Shown here piece after piece: positions 20,276-31,891 of a stretch of 41,722 bases of DNA. The notes below the pieces were generated by a model. It was not told the DNA's origin. It did not search any database and was given only the letters and a program-made list of their open reading frames with translations. Position 1 is the first letter of the stretch. Every line of letters begins with the position of its first letter. A program made the position numbers and the translations under genes. The stretch covers positions 1 to 41,722 of the forward strand of contig OLMU01000954.1 in NCBI GenBank assembly GCA_900291995.1. Direction: 5' to 3'. Source of the stretch: Licmophora abbreviata (lineage: Eukaryota).

Positions 20276-20542
20276 GGTGCAAGTACTGGCTCGTCGGATA
20301 CAGGTAGGGCGGCAACAACCGCTCTTCCCGCCAATACGACGACGGTGTAAAATGTAAATTGAAAATTAATGGGCAGGTCAACACAATGAGACACGACTCG
20401 TGACTGAGAATGACCCCCAATCTGAAATCACCAGTAGGACCCAGTACGAATCATACGCTAGGGACCAATGTCTTGGATCCGGGCTCACATTTTCTGTCGT
20501 GGCGCGCCATTTCTTTTTTTGTCTTGAAACGCATGCTCCGTG

Positions 20543-21157
20543 ATGCATCCCCATGGTCCCATGGTGTATCCTTTGTCGCCTATCGTTCCACAGCGCAGCC
20601 AGGCTGGACCATCGGCTGACGAGGTCGCCACCTCCTTTGTCGATCTCTACTACGACGCCGTCGACAAAGCGCGAAAGGAGAAGCTGGCGAAACTCTTTGT
20701 AAGTCCAATGACGACATCCGACATGAACGATTCGATAGTCCACTGCGCGCCAAACTCAAAACGCAGAGCAAACGACGGCCTCGGCGATCGTTCCCGTCCA
20801 GGAAGCCGATGGAAGTCTTCTGTCTCTAACACATGCATTCTATTCTCTATTGCACACATACAGGACGCTGACTCAATGGTGGTGTTTCACGGCAACCAGC
20901 CTGTCATTGGCGCCGAACAGATCTTAAGCAGTCTGTTCGCCATGCGTCCTGTCGAGCACACTGTGGAAAGTGTGCAAGTGCGAGCGTCCAGCGGCTACGA
21001 AGACCCGATCAAGATATACGTGACAGGAAGAGTACAGTTTGGCAACAGTCACGCGTTGCTCTTCTCGCAGACCTTCAACATTATCGTTCCTGTACGTCCG
21101 ATTGGCAAAGTGGTGAAGTACCGAGTGTGCGACAGCATTTTTGCCTTCCGGCACTGA
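20543..21157 (+). CDS. NTF2-like (NXT1/NTF2) domain protein, 2 exons
   Basis: VATSFVDLYYDAVD..KLAKLF|DADSMVVFHGN..GAEQI..HTVESVQ..IYVTGRV..FSQTF. In-frame intron at 20699-20863. Confidence 0.75.
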   Translation: MHPHGPMVYPLSPIVPQRSQAGPSADEVATSFVDLYYDAVDKARKEKLAKLFVSPMTTSDMNDSIVHCAPNSKRRANDGLGDRSRPGSRWKSSVSNTCILFSIAHIQDADSMVVFHGNQPVIGAEQILSSLFAMRPVEHTVESVQVRASSGYEDPIKIYVTGRVQFGNSHALLFSQTFNIIVPVRPIGKVVKYRVCDSIFAFRH

Positions 21158-21386
21158 AGGACGCGCTGTCGTACACACCCGGGGTGGAAACGCGCGTCCA
21201 GCACGAAATCATATATACGGTTAGGACCGCAATGCCCTGTCCGAAACATCGTTTTCTACTATAGACTGCAAATCAAGAGATAGAACAACTGTCTTGTCGT
21301 GCAATAGCGTAGAGGCCCCTGCATGCATGACGACGTCTCTCGTCCTTTATGCGTTAGCAATCAACCATCCATGGACGGTCCAGCCT

Positions 21387-23070
21387 TCAAACCCCAAGCG
21401 CCAACTGCATTACCAGCCTCTGGATAAGTGGCACCGACACCAATACAGTACAAGCGCTGGCTGTCAGGGCCATAGCAATGGCCGCGAACGGGAACGCATT
21501 CTCTTCATTCGCAAATGCGGCAGTACCCAGTCCATGCGCTGCCGCACCAATACTCAAACCTCGCGCCACAGCGTCCTTGATCCCAAACGAATCCAAGATA
21601 CTAGCTCCAAAGTTGGCACCAATTAATCCAGTGACAACCACCATACTCACTGCCATCGACACATCGGTACCCAGGATACTTGCAATCGCCATGGCGAGCG
21701 GACTCGTAATATTTCGCGATAGCAGCGACAATCGAACCAACGGGTTTCCAATATCCAGTAGTCTAACGGCCGCAGCAGTTCCAAACAAGCCGCCGAAAGC
21801 CGACACACTGACGCCAGTAGCAACTTCAGCAAGATTCTCCCGCATCAACTTGCGTCGATCGTACATTTGACATGCCAGTGAAACGACGGCCGGTCCCAAC
21901 AAGAACAAGAGTATGTCTCCCGCACCGGCACCCATGATACTCAAGTTATTCTTGCGATACAACTTGAGCATCCCGTGAAATTGCGTTTTGACAAGTGCCC
22001 CAAAGGCCTTCGCGGAGAGCCATGTAAGCGTCGTGCAAGTGACGAGGGGATGAACAACCTTTGTGAATTTCTTGGGCAGTCGTGCGCCAAAGACAAATGT
22101 CCAGAGTGTTGTACAAAGCAAAAAGGCCGAGAGGAGTGGTGCCTGGATGGCACCGAGTGCGGACGACGATGCTGTATCGGATGCCGCCAGAGCACCAGTC
22201 GCTGTTGCAATGGTAAGGATCTGAAGCCGCGAGAGGAGTCTAGCGGAGAACGCTTTGGGGGGAGGAGAGGACTCATCAACGACTTTGTCCAGTTTCAAGT
22301 CTTCTACTATTTTTGCAGCTGGTGTTTCGTCTTCGTCTCGTGTCGAAGACCGTAATTTGCGAATACTAAGCACCGAGCCTGCTGTCGTTAACAGTGTAAA
22401 GTAGAATCCTCCGACAACCACCAAGGCGACTTTAACAAGCTGACTCAAAGGAGCAGAAGACAAGACCGACGTGTTAGAATTGTCTCGAATAGCAGAAATG
22501 ATCTATACAACGCAGTCGCACAGAGCTTACCTCTCCGGCAGAACCCAAACCATCTGACAGGGGAAGTGTGACTAGCGATGGAACAAAGAACAGTGGTAGC
22601 CACTTCGCAAGAAGCGCTGACCCTGGACGCAGCGCGTCATAAAGCTTGTCTCCTTTTGGAAATGCCAACATAGATGCAAACAAGACTCCGCATCCAGCAA
22701 GACTTGACGGGAAGGACACAGACATGGCTCGTAGGCTGCGACGAAAGAAGACGTCAAGCAGGACGAACACCGACGCGGATACTATAGACCTTCTATTGGA
22801 AGGACTCGACGCAGCGTCCAATGCGACAGCATAACGCCTCCAAGTCTTCCATTCTCGTTGACTAGAACTCACGCATCGTCTCTGATTAAAATCGAGACAA
22901 TGAAGCGCCTCTTGAGCGGGAGCTTGAAACTGTAGCCTCGCATGATGAGAAACCCGTAGTGCTGGCCGATTGGTCGAGACAAAGCCATTGCAGAAAGTTC
23001 CGGTGAGCAGAGCTGCAACTACCAAGAGCAAGGGAGCATAGCAGGTCTTTCTTTCGCTCTTTAGTGCCAT
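21387..23070 (-). CDS. PLGG1-like LrgA/LrgB fusion transporter (copy 1), 2 exons
   Basis: Signal peptide then NG-FVS plastid presequence. LrgA part (FPSSLAG, AKWLPLFFVPSLVTLP) and LrgB part (VHPL, GAGDILLFLLGPAVVSLA, RNITSPLA, ARGLSIGAAAHGLGTA). Intron 22440-22530. Confidence 0.9.
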
Positions 23071-23426
23071 TATGGTCCAAGCAACAATGGGATCGTAAAG
23101 AAGACGAAGCTAATGTTGTGCTCAGTTTGCGACAACAAAGACAGTGAGAAGTTCGAACTGTGAAAGTTAAAAGTGAGAAAGACGTCACAGTTTGGAATGT
23201 GCTTGTGGAAGAGTTTGTCTGTGGATCGGCAACTTCAACCCGGTAGCACCACGGTGTGACATTTCGGAGCGGCGCATTGTCTGCTCACGTACGTCAGCGA
23301 CACGAGATCAACTGAACTTTGAACTTTGATTGCTTTGATGCCGACCAGCGACGAGCGACTTGACACCGAGTAGAAGGCCTTGTCTGTGTTGCCTAGTTCC
23401 TGCTATCACCGCGACGATCGTTCCTC

Positions 23427-25097
23427 ATGAAAGGAAAACGCCTAGTTTGCTTGGCCTTCGCAGTTTGCGTGGTATCTGCGAGCGCCAAGCGTCGTTCGCG
23501 GGAGGTCGCCGCAGCCTTCAAGCCCCGCTCTTACCTTGTCACCGAGTCAGTGGCGTCGCCAGATGGACGTCGAACGTTGCTTCCGCAAGACTCAGCTCAA
23601 GCTACAACATCCCGTGGAGGAGCAGTGGCCATCAAGGCTGAGGAGGGAATGTCGCTGCAAACGAAAGAGATTCTGGGGGCTGGGGCCTTCTTCGCCATGA
23701 ATGAGATCTTTCGCAAGGCGTTTGACGTTTACGATATCCCGTTTCCCGCCATGCTAGGAGGATGCATCATTCTCTTTGCTTCCCTCCTTGTCGCAGAGCT
23801 CACCAGCCAGGGGCTGGGTGACTTCTTTTTTGACCTCCTCGTGCCTGGATCGGGTCTCCTTGCCAAGTGGCTTCCTGTCTTTTTTGTGCCTGGACTCGCC
23901 ATGCTTCCTCGTGCGCCGTCGGTTGGAACTGGACTCGATGTAAGTACTGTGGTGGAAGAAGTGATAGTCCTCTATCGTTAAGGCTTTCGAGTTTTGAACC
24001 AACGCGAGAACAACGCATTGTCTTCTTCGTCAAAGGTATTGAAAATCATTGGCGTAGTTGGGTTCGGCTATCTGTTCAGCTTGAGCACAACCGGATTCGC
24101 TGTACTCGCGTTTCGGAAGGCTCAAGGCGCCGTGGCGGATACTCCTGCCACAGCGTCGACAGTTGCGTCGACATCGGCTCCTGCTAAGCCTTATTCTCCA
24201 GAGACGCTCGATTTTCTCATCAAGGGCAGTGTTCTGTCAGCAGCCGTTAGCATTGCCGCGACGCGTACAGAGAACCAGTTCGCGACTCCACTCCAGACCA
24301 TCTTTTTCGGGTTCTCGACCGTCGCTGCCTACGTATGGGGTGCTCGGCTTCCCTCTGGCTTTACGAAGGCTGTGCATCCTCTCGTTACTGCCACGTCCTT
24401 GACGTTGCTCTTTGTCAAACTCTACGGATTAGCCACTGACTCCTCTTTCATGGATGTGCTCGCCACATACAAGGTTGGTTCGCTGGCTCCTTCCAAGACA
24501 GGCGCGGGAGATATACTCCTTCACTTGCTCGGACCTGCTGTCATGTCGTTTGCAATCTCCATGTACAGTCGCAAGACGCTGCTGAAGGAGAACTTGCCGG
24601 TCATGCTTCTCGCCATGCTCGTGTCGAGTTGCGGAGGAATGTTTGGTACGGCCTTTTTTGTCCGTCTCATTGGTCTCGGCGGTAGTGGTGGAAAGCTTGT
24701 TCGTCTCTCGGTGTTGCCTCGCAATGTCACGACTGCCTTGGCAATTGCGATCACCAACATTCTGGGAGGTGACATTTCCATTTGCGCCAGTGTTGTGGTT
24801 TTGACGGGTATCGTTGCAGCCACGTACTCGCGAACGCTCTTAGATTCGTTGGGCATTCACGATCCTATCTCTCGAGGACTGTCTGTCGGCGCCGCTGGGC
24901 AAGGCCTTGGGGTGTCGAGTATGATTCCAGAAAAAGATGCGTTTCCGTTTGCAGCCATGGCCATGGTCTTGACGGCTATCTGTTCGACTAGCCTAGTATC
25001 AATCCCTGCTGTCAAGGACATCATCATCGACCTTGCGACTGGCGGAGGAAAGGCAATCGAGGGGGTTACTATGGCGGCCGCGGCGGCCACTGCGTAG
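23427..25097 (+). CDS. PLGG1-like LrgA/LrgB fusion transporter (copy 2), 2 exons
   Basis: Signal peptide, FPAMLGG, AKWLPVFFVPGLAMLP, VHPL, GAGDILLHLLGPAVMSFA, RNVTTALA, SRGLSVGAAGQGLG. Intron 23940-24035. Confidence 0.9.
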
Positions 25098-25340
25098 GCA
25101 ATGAGAAGCACTGCTAAAAGAGCGCAATGCCAAATCTACTTGCTGCTTAGATTGATTGCTCTATGATTAGGTCCAACCGTCTCTTGACTAAATAGACGAT
25201 TATCCACTTTGTAGACTGACTCCAGTTAAGCCTTCATACCGCTACGCACACTGTACACTCCCATTACCCACTACTCCATGATTTGCTCGATCCAATTTTT
25301 CTTTCTCTTCGGATCCGTCACATCCCCAATGCCTGCTTAG

Positions 25341-26478
25341 TTAATTGGAAAGGGGAGGAGTCTTGCCCTCTGAGATCTGCTTGTCGACAACTGCCTTCGA
25401 GACTTCACACTGCACCCCGACGAAATTAACGACATTATTTTCGGCGTCACGCAGTGCCGCAACAAAGAACTGATTCCAAAAGGGCGTCCCGTCCGACTTG
25501 TAATTGAGAAGGCAGACGGAAGTGTCCACTCCTTCCCGAATCCCCTTTCGAATAACATCAACAGCGCTCTGATCCGTGCCCGGTCCCTGTAGGAAGCGGC
25601 AGTTACGCCCCAAGACTTGATCAAGGGTGTATCCAGTGAGATCTAAGAACCCCTGCGACACATATACGATAGGATTGTCCGGCAGGCTGGGATCGGAAAT
25701 AGCAAAATTCTGTTGCGATCCGGAGAGTGCTGACATGAGACGGAAATCGGGCTCCATCAGAGTCTTGACGGGTCCAAAGCCACTGGGCATCGGGAGAGGT
25801 GTGTATTTCTCCTTGTCACCAGTAAGTTTGGCGAGGATCTCGTCGGCCTTGTCGGGTAGTTCCTCCTTTACAACGTTCTTGAGCATCTCAATTTCCCCCT
25901 GGAGTCCGTGAATCTGTTCTTGTAGACTTTCCAAGAGGAATTTCTTTCGCAGCCTACTGCGCTTGGCGTGTTCCCGATTGCGTTCCCTTCGTTCAAGCTT
26001 TTGCTGTTCCGTCAAGTCCGCAGCCTGCAATTTGGAAGATGAAGTCGGTTCAGCGAAGGGTTCAGGAGGCATGCCCGCCTCCTCCGCAGAACGTTTCACG
26101 CCCCCATCGGACGTTCCATCGGCTGCAGACGCGCTGGCAAAACTTGTGGGAGGAAAATCACCAAAGTAACAGTCACGAAAGATATCATCTAGGTCGAGAC
26201 TGTTGGCCAAGTCGTCTCCGCCCTGATGTAAGTTGATTGAAATGGTTTGATTGAACGGGATTTTGTGAGCACAAAGGAAAAAGAGAAACTCCTAGATACG
26301 GCTTCAATATCGCGGTAGGGATGACGTCATTGATGGTCGGATACGCAAAGAGCGAAAGAACGACCAATTCCGTCGAGAACTGCCGCTCTGATGTTCAACA
26401 TACACTCACCTCACTAGAAGGAACAAAAACGGGGGCCTGATTGTCGCCAGTTGCGTCACCAGAGCCGTCCGTCTCCAT
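25341..26478 (-). CDS. AUREO: Aureochrome blue-light receptor (bZIP-LOV), resembling the AUREO1c type, 2 exons
   Basis: bZIP ERRERNREHAKRSRLRKKFLLESLQ followed by LOV QNFAISDPSLPDNPIVYVSQGF...GRNCRFLQG (photoactive Cys). Exon 1 26478-26410, intron 26223-26409. The subclass is from recall and is tentative. Confidence 0.95.
26321..26330. promoter_or_regulatory. Palindromic ATGACGTCAT (CRE-like, TGACGT) element in the aureochrome intron
   Basis: Perfect 10-bp palindrome. TGACGT is the reported aureochrome/bZIP core; function is inferred only. Confidence 0.3.
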
Positions 26479-26806
26479 TGTCTCGTCTCTCCTGCTGTCA
26501 AGTTCAAAGTGCGTGTGGAAATCTGAAATGGTTGGCTATGATATTAGAAAATCGAAATTGACGAGCTCGTGGAGATCAGAGATAGAGCTCGTGTTTTTCA
26601 GACACTCTGCGCGAAACATTCGATATTGGCGCGCGGCCACCGCAACCACACATAAACATGACGACACACTGAACACAGACCATGATGCAACCCTGATCCT
26701 CGTGGGTGCATCAATCCTGTCGCGCTAAGTGCCTTCTTTCAAGCAACGCACTGGTTCACCCGCTCGAACACTGACCAAAGCACAGTGAAACTGAATCTGG
26801 ATTGAA

Positions 26807-29526
26807 ATGGACTCCTCCTTGTCGACGTCTCATAGTGGTCAAACTAGAAGTCGACGGCGAATGTGGCGTCCTCGGTCTAGCATCGTTCTAGCTTCTATCG
26901 CAACGACCGCTGTTCTGCAACACTCCTCTACAGCCTTTCTTCTTGATTATCAGTCGTCGCTTCGCCTCAGAAGGAAGTTGGTTCGTCCGCATACATTGTC
27001 TAGGAAGGAACAACATCATGGCCGTCTTTTTCCGCATTCTGTTTCATTGGCGTCATCGCGAGAGTCACGCAATGAACAGAGACAGACAGGGAGCAAACAT
27101 GGAAAGAAACAACAGTCGCGTTCGCCAAATAAACGAACCTCACTTCAATGGGTGGTTCATAGTATTGAAAATCTTAATCAAGACAAGACACGGGAAATGC
27201 CAGGTCCGAGTCCCGAGCTTGTCAAGTGTTTACAGCGACTCGTCGAGGGTAAGTGAGAAATCCTATGCTCTACTATTTTTTAACGTTGAGATGACAAAGA
27301 CAGACTCTCATATCAGACTTACCCCTGCTGAACCACTGCATCCTCTCCTAAAACTAGCTCGCACACAACGGGAAATCGCTCGCGTGGGCAGACAGCTCGA
27401 ATCGATTGACATCGGCCAGACCGAGGCTTTGGACGTTCAGGAACGAGTCATCAAGGCTGCGGCTTTAGCTGGACTTCTTTCACTTTCACTTGGTCTTCTA
27501 TCAAATCTTTTAGCTGCAGGTACATTACCGTCACCCATGGCCTACACGGCCGTTCTCATGAGCCTAAGACAGGCAGGTCGAACGAAAAGCGTCGAAGAAC
27601 TCATGTATCAGCTAGGAGAAGCCGCACAGAGCAAAAACGACGGCGGTAGCGATGGTCTTGATGTGGTCGCGTTCAATACCTATTTGGCAACACTCTGTGA
27701 TCAGGTGACCAAGGGTGGGAATTTGTCGCGAAACACAAGCCGGGGCACTTTCCCGTCATTGGAGGCGGCACGCGAATGGTTAAAGCCAGGAGCGTCAACG
27801 GGAATGTGCGGAACGGAGCCAGACGCCACATCGTATGCGACAGTATTACACGCAGCTGCCATTTACCGAAGATAGGAGTATGGTGGACGATCTGTGGAGA
27901 GAAATGGAAGAGCGAAGCATTCAGCCGTCACTCTACGCGTACAACTCGCTTCTGCGTGCCATCCGAAGCGGTGGTCGGGCATGCGACTCGGAAGCGCTGG
28001 GCGTGTTTGATAAGCTGAATGAGGAGCGCAAGAATCAGCTAGATCAGTATACCCTCGATTTAGTGTTGACTCCTCTGATACGGTCGAATCGGGGGGAGCA
28101 AGTGGAAACTCTACTGCGAGACTTTGTGGAGTCGCGCTCCTCAAATCCTCGGTTGCTATCTCGTGCATTCGAAGCATTCCTGAATACCCTGGTCAGCGAC
28201 GGCGAGCTTTCGACGGCGCAAGCCCTGTTTGACAAGTACCTTCTCCCACCCGAGATCATTTTTCACTGTTCGAGCTTGCGGATACATCCAACTGTGCGTC
28301 ATTTCAACTTAATGATTGCGGGATATCGAAAGCGCGTCGACAATCGACTGGAAAAACTTCATGGTGGCAGCGGTATTGATAGGGGGAATGAAGAATCGCC
28401 TACTGGATCAGGGCTGTCCCGGTGTGACTTGACGGATGAGATTGAGACTTTGAGGGAGCAGTGTATGGAGCTGTATCGAATCATGCTTGATTTTGACCTG
28501 ACACCGGACGCCTATACGCTCACCACGATGATGGGAGTTGCGTCTTCGTCTGAGCAAGTTTCGATCCTTTTGCGCGACACTATCCTGGATAGCGACGTAA
28601 AAATCACTCCTGCTGTGCTCCGTGCCACGACAAAGGCGTATGGGGACTGCGGTGACCCGTCGTCGGCGTGCTGGTTCTTTGATTGCTTCTCATCGAATAC
28701 GATGAGCACTAGAACATGGAATGGGCTGTTAGGGGCACTCGCTCGGGGGTCTGCGATCGACTCGGCAGACAGATTATCCATTGAACTATCTGGGGCGGCG
28801 ATCGTTCTTGCAACTCAAACAAGCGCCCCCAGGAAGTCATGGGGCCTTGGTGATTTGATTGAATCGGCCACGTGTCCGGAGGCGGTGCTAACCATACTTC
28901 GGCTCATGGACGGCGATCGTCCTGATCGACCGGCAGCTCCGCCTCCTAACTCGCAGACATACTGTATCGCTGCATCCGCCCTACAGCATGACGATGAAGC
29001 TGGCCCTGAACTCGCCTTGGAGCTATTCCGCAACGCGACGACTCGCAATATTCCAGCCGACGGTCGATTCGCGAACGCGATTCTTCGTTGCTTTGGAGAC
29101 GATATTGTCGGCGCTCTGGCAGCATGGAAGCAGGAGATCCGCCGAGCATGTCTGGCCCACGAATGCCGAACTCGAACGGCACCTGTCTCGATCTATCGAA
29201 GCACTGGGAAGAACCTCATCGCCGCATACCATGGTCTTTTGTACGTGTGCGGACGATCGTTGCGCCCCGATGTCGCTCTTCGAGTCGTGTACGCCATGAG
29301 CAAGGACGGGATTGAGGCTAACGAAGTGGCATTGAACTGCTATCGCTCTGGAAAACGCGGCAGAATTCGCACTCGATACAGAGGCGAGGTGTCCGAAGAT
29401 GACCCCAAGGAGAAAGGCATTCGACTGGCAGAGCAGTTTGAGAATCTGTTGCTCATCGAGTGCACAAAGTACGACACGAACGACAAGAGGAGAACTGGCG
29501 AGAAACGTGTTAGGATCATCCTATAA
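26807..29526 (+). CDS. Pentatricopeptide-repeat protein, probably plastid-targeted, with an apparent +1 frameshift near 27862-27864
   Basis: Signal-like segment then STA-FLL. PPR motifs (PSPMAYTAVL, DVVAFNTYL, PDATSYATVL, PSLYAYNSLL, PTVRHFNLMI, PDAYTLTTMM). Intron 27249-27357. The frame switches within a PPR repeat. Confidence 0.8.
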
Positions 29527-29874
29527 GTTTAGGTCACGCTTGCTGTAGACACTGTCGTTAGAGCTGATGTAAGCCGGTCGGGTTATCCTAACGTCCGTCG
29601 TATCATAGTTGGTACCTTAGCAAGACTCTGTTCAATTTCGGGTACATGTTCGGTACCAAGCTTGTAGACACATATCGTTACAACAGGTACCGGTACCGGC
29701 ACAGAACATCTCGTAGCGCCTTCCATCACGCAGTGTGTTCACCGGTAGAGTGACGTCAGTCCTCTCCTCTCGTGATGGGCCGCACATGTTCTCATTTTCA
29801 CCGTCGATGTGTCGTTGCTGTAGGACTCCTCGTTTCGATACAATCCTATATAAGCTTCCACACCCCCCTGGCTA

Positions 29875-31786
29875 ATGGAATTCCTCAAGAGAGCGTTTCT
29901 TCTTGTCGTATGGACTGCGATCGGGTCGAATGGTTTTCAGCTCTCCATGATGTCGACTGCTGCAGCGAAACCCTCAGCAACCGTGCCTTCTTGGTCGCAG
30001 CTGCAGAATCTATCGGAAGCGACGACAACAGGAGTCGCGCTCAGCAATGAAGTCAAGAGACGAGAGGAAGGACGCGGGTCGGCCCACGTGCAGAACAAGC
30101 TCCGTCTCTTTGATTCCGATCAGACAGAGCCTCGGATCACGCTCTTCCGGGATCATGCCGGATGGTGCCCCTACTGCCAGAAGACTATGCTTCTTGTTGA
30201 AGAGAAACGGGTTCCGATCAAGATCAGTCTGGTTCCGATGCGGAGCTATGGTGACAAACCGCGTGAATTCATGCAGAAGGTGCCAAATGGCCTCTTGCCT
30301 GCCATTGAAGTCGACGGACAAGTCATCACCGAATCCAGCGTTATCATGGAGCTTCTCGACCAATGGCACACAACGTCGGAAGGATATAGGCCCATGCTTC
30401 CCGCTCAAGATGATTCGAAGGGGCGTGCCAAGTATGATGAACTTGCTCGACTGGAACGTGAACTTTTCAGTTGGTGGTGTACGCTTCTCTTTCGACCCGA
30501 AGGTCCCAACTTGTCGCCCGGGAATGTCATGAACATGCTAAAGGGAAACAAAGATAGCTCCACAGACAGCATGTCTGGATCGATGAAGGGATTCCTCGAC
30601 TGCATGCGGAAGGTTGATAACGCTTTGACATCCACTGATGGTCCCTGGTTCTTTGGCGAGTACGACTATCCGACCATGATTGACTTTGTGTTTGTGTCAC
30701 ACGTCGAGCGGATGCTAGCGAGTTGCGCGTTTTGGAAGGGCTTGAATCTGCGAGACCCCAAATGGAAGTTGAATGGTTTGAATAACTGGCTGGAAGCGTT
30801 TGAGAAACGAGAACCATATTTGGCATTCAAGAGTGACTACTATACACATGTGAGTGGATGATTGCGGTGGAGACTTGACCATGTTGCGTCGTTTCGTTCG
30901 GTACCAGTTTTTAAAAAGGACCAGTACACCATCCTCCCGACTCATCCTGTTCGCCCTTGTGCAGATCAAAGATATTCCACCTCAGTACGGACCAGGTTAC
31001 AATGGCGGTTTTGAAAAAGATCGTCGCAGGTTCTCTGATATGATTATCGGAAGAGTAAGTGTTACCCGTGCACTGCAGCTTTGATTATCGAATTCTTCGC
31101 ATCCGCAACCCGTATCCTAATGGTACCTACTTGGTCCAATGCATTTCGTAGGACGATTCGTGGAAGTTACCTCTACCCCACGATGACCCTCTACAACCCC
31201 TTTACCGCGGACCTCCTCTCCCTTCATGCGTTCTGGACGCCATGGAGTTGTCAGCGGATGCAGATGGCACCTACGAATCGTGTAATCCAGTCGCAATGGC
31301 CGAGGCATGTCGGCACATGGCTGCCTGGAAATTGGCCGGCAATGGAATCAATGTAAGTCATACTGCCTCTTCTCAACACGAGGCGTTGTCCCCTATCGAA
31401 ATCGAACGAAGATGCTTATTTATTCTTTTGCCATCCCTCACCTTTCACAGGTATCGCGCTTCGCCGCAAGGGGAGGCCCAATGGGCGCGAGTAATCCACG
31501 CAAAACTTTTGGTGCCGAGCTAGCGGATCCCTACGCTGATCCTGACGACGAAATGCGCCCATATGTTGATGCTGCACTCCGCGTGGTGTGTGCTGCGCTC
31601 TTGGATGACGAGCTGCCAAGCGGCGATGTGCTGACCGTCGCGGTCCCAGAAGACAAAGTTGCGGGAGTCGTTGCAAGTATGGCATATCTGCGAGACCGCG
31701 TTGGCGTTCCCCGTGATCTACCGCTCGCTGCCGCTCGATACTTTCGAGCATATCTCAACTGGGGAATCGATACCCTGAGAGTATGA
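29875..31786 (+). CDS. Cys-type glutathione S-transferase family protein, probably plastid-targeted, 4 exons
   Basis: SNG-FQL presequence, RDHAGWCPYCQK, VPNGLLPAIE, ITESSVIM, SDYYTH|IKDIPPQYG, RDRVGVPRDLP. Exons 29875-30849, 30965-31054, 31152-31352, 31451-31786. Confidence 0.9.
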
Positions 31787-31891
31787 CGAGCCAGTCTTTA
31801 TTTGTAGCTATAAAAGTAGCTGTCTATGGACCATAAAAATGTGTACTCTATTTGAAAAATTCCCCCGTGGTAGACCCTCTACCAGGACGCC

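Noticed and set aside
19775..20350. Long antisense or alternate-frame ORFs (also 697-1155, 10898-11455, 13163-13669, 32645-33127 and others)
   Set aside because: They are shadows of well-supported genes in moderately GC-rich coding DNA and show no recognisable motifs.
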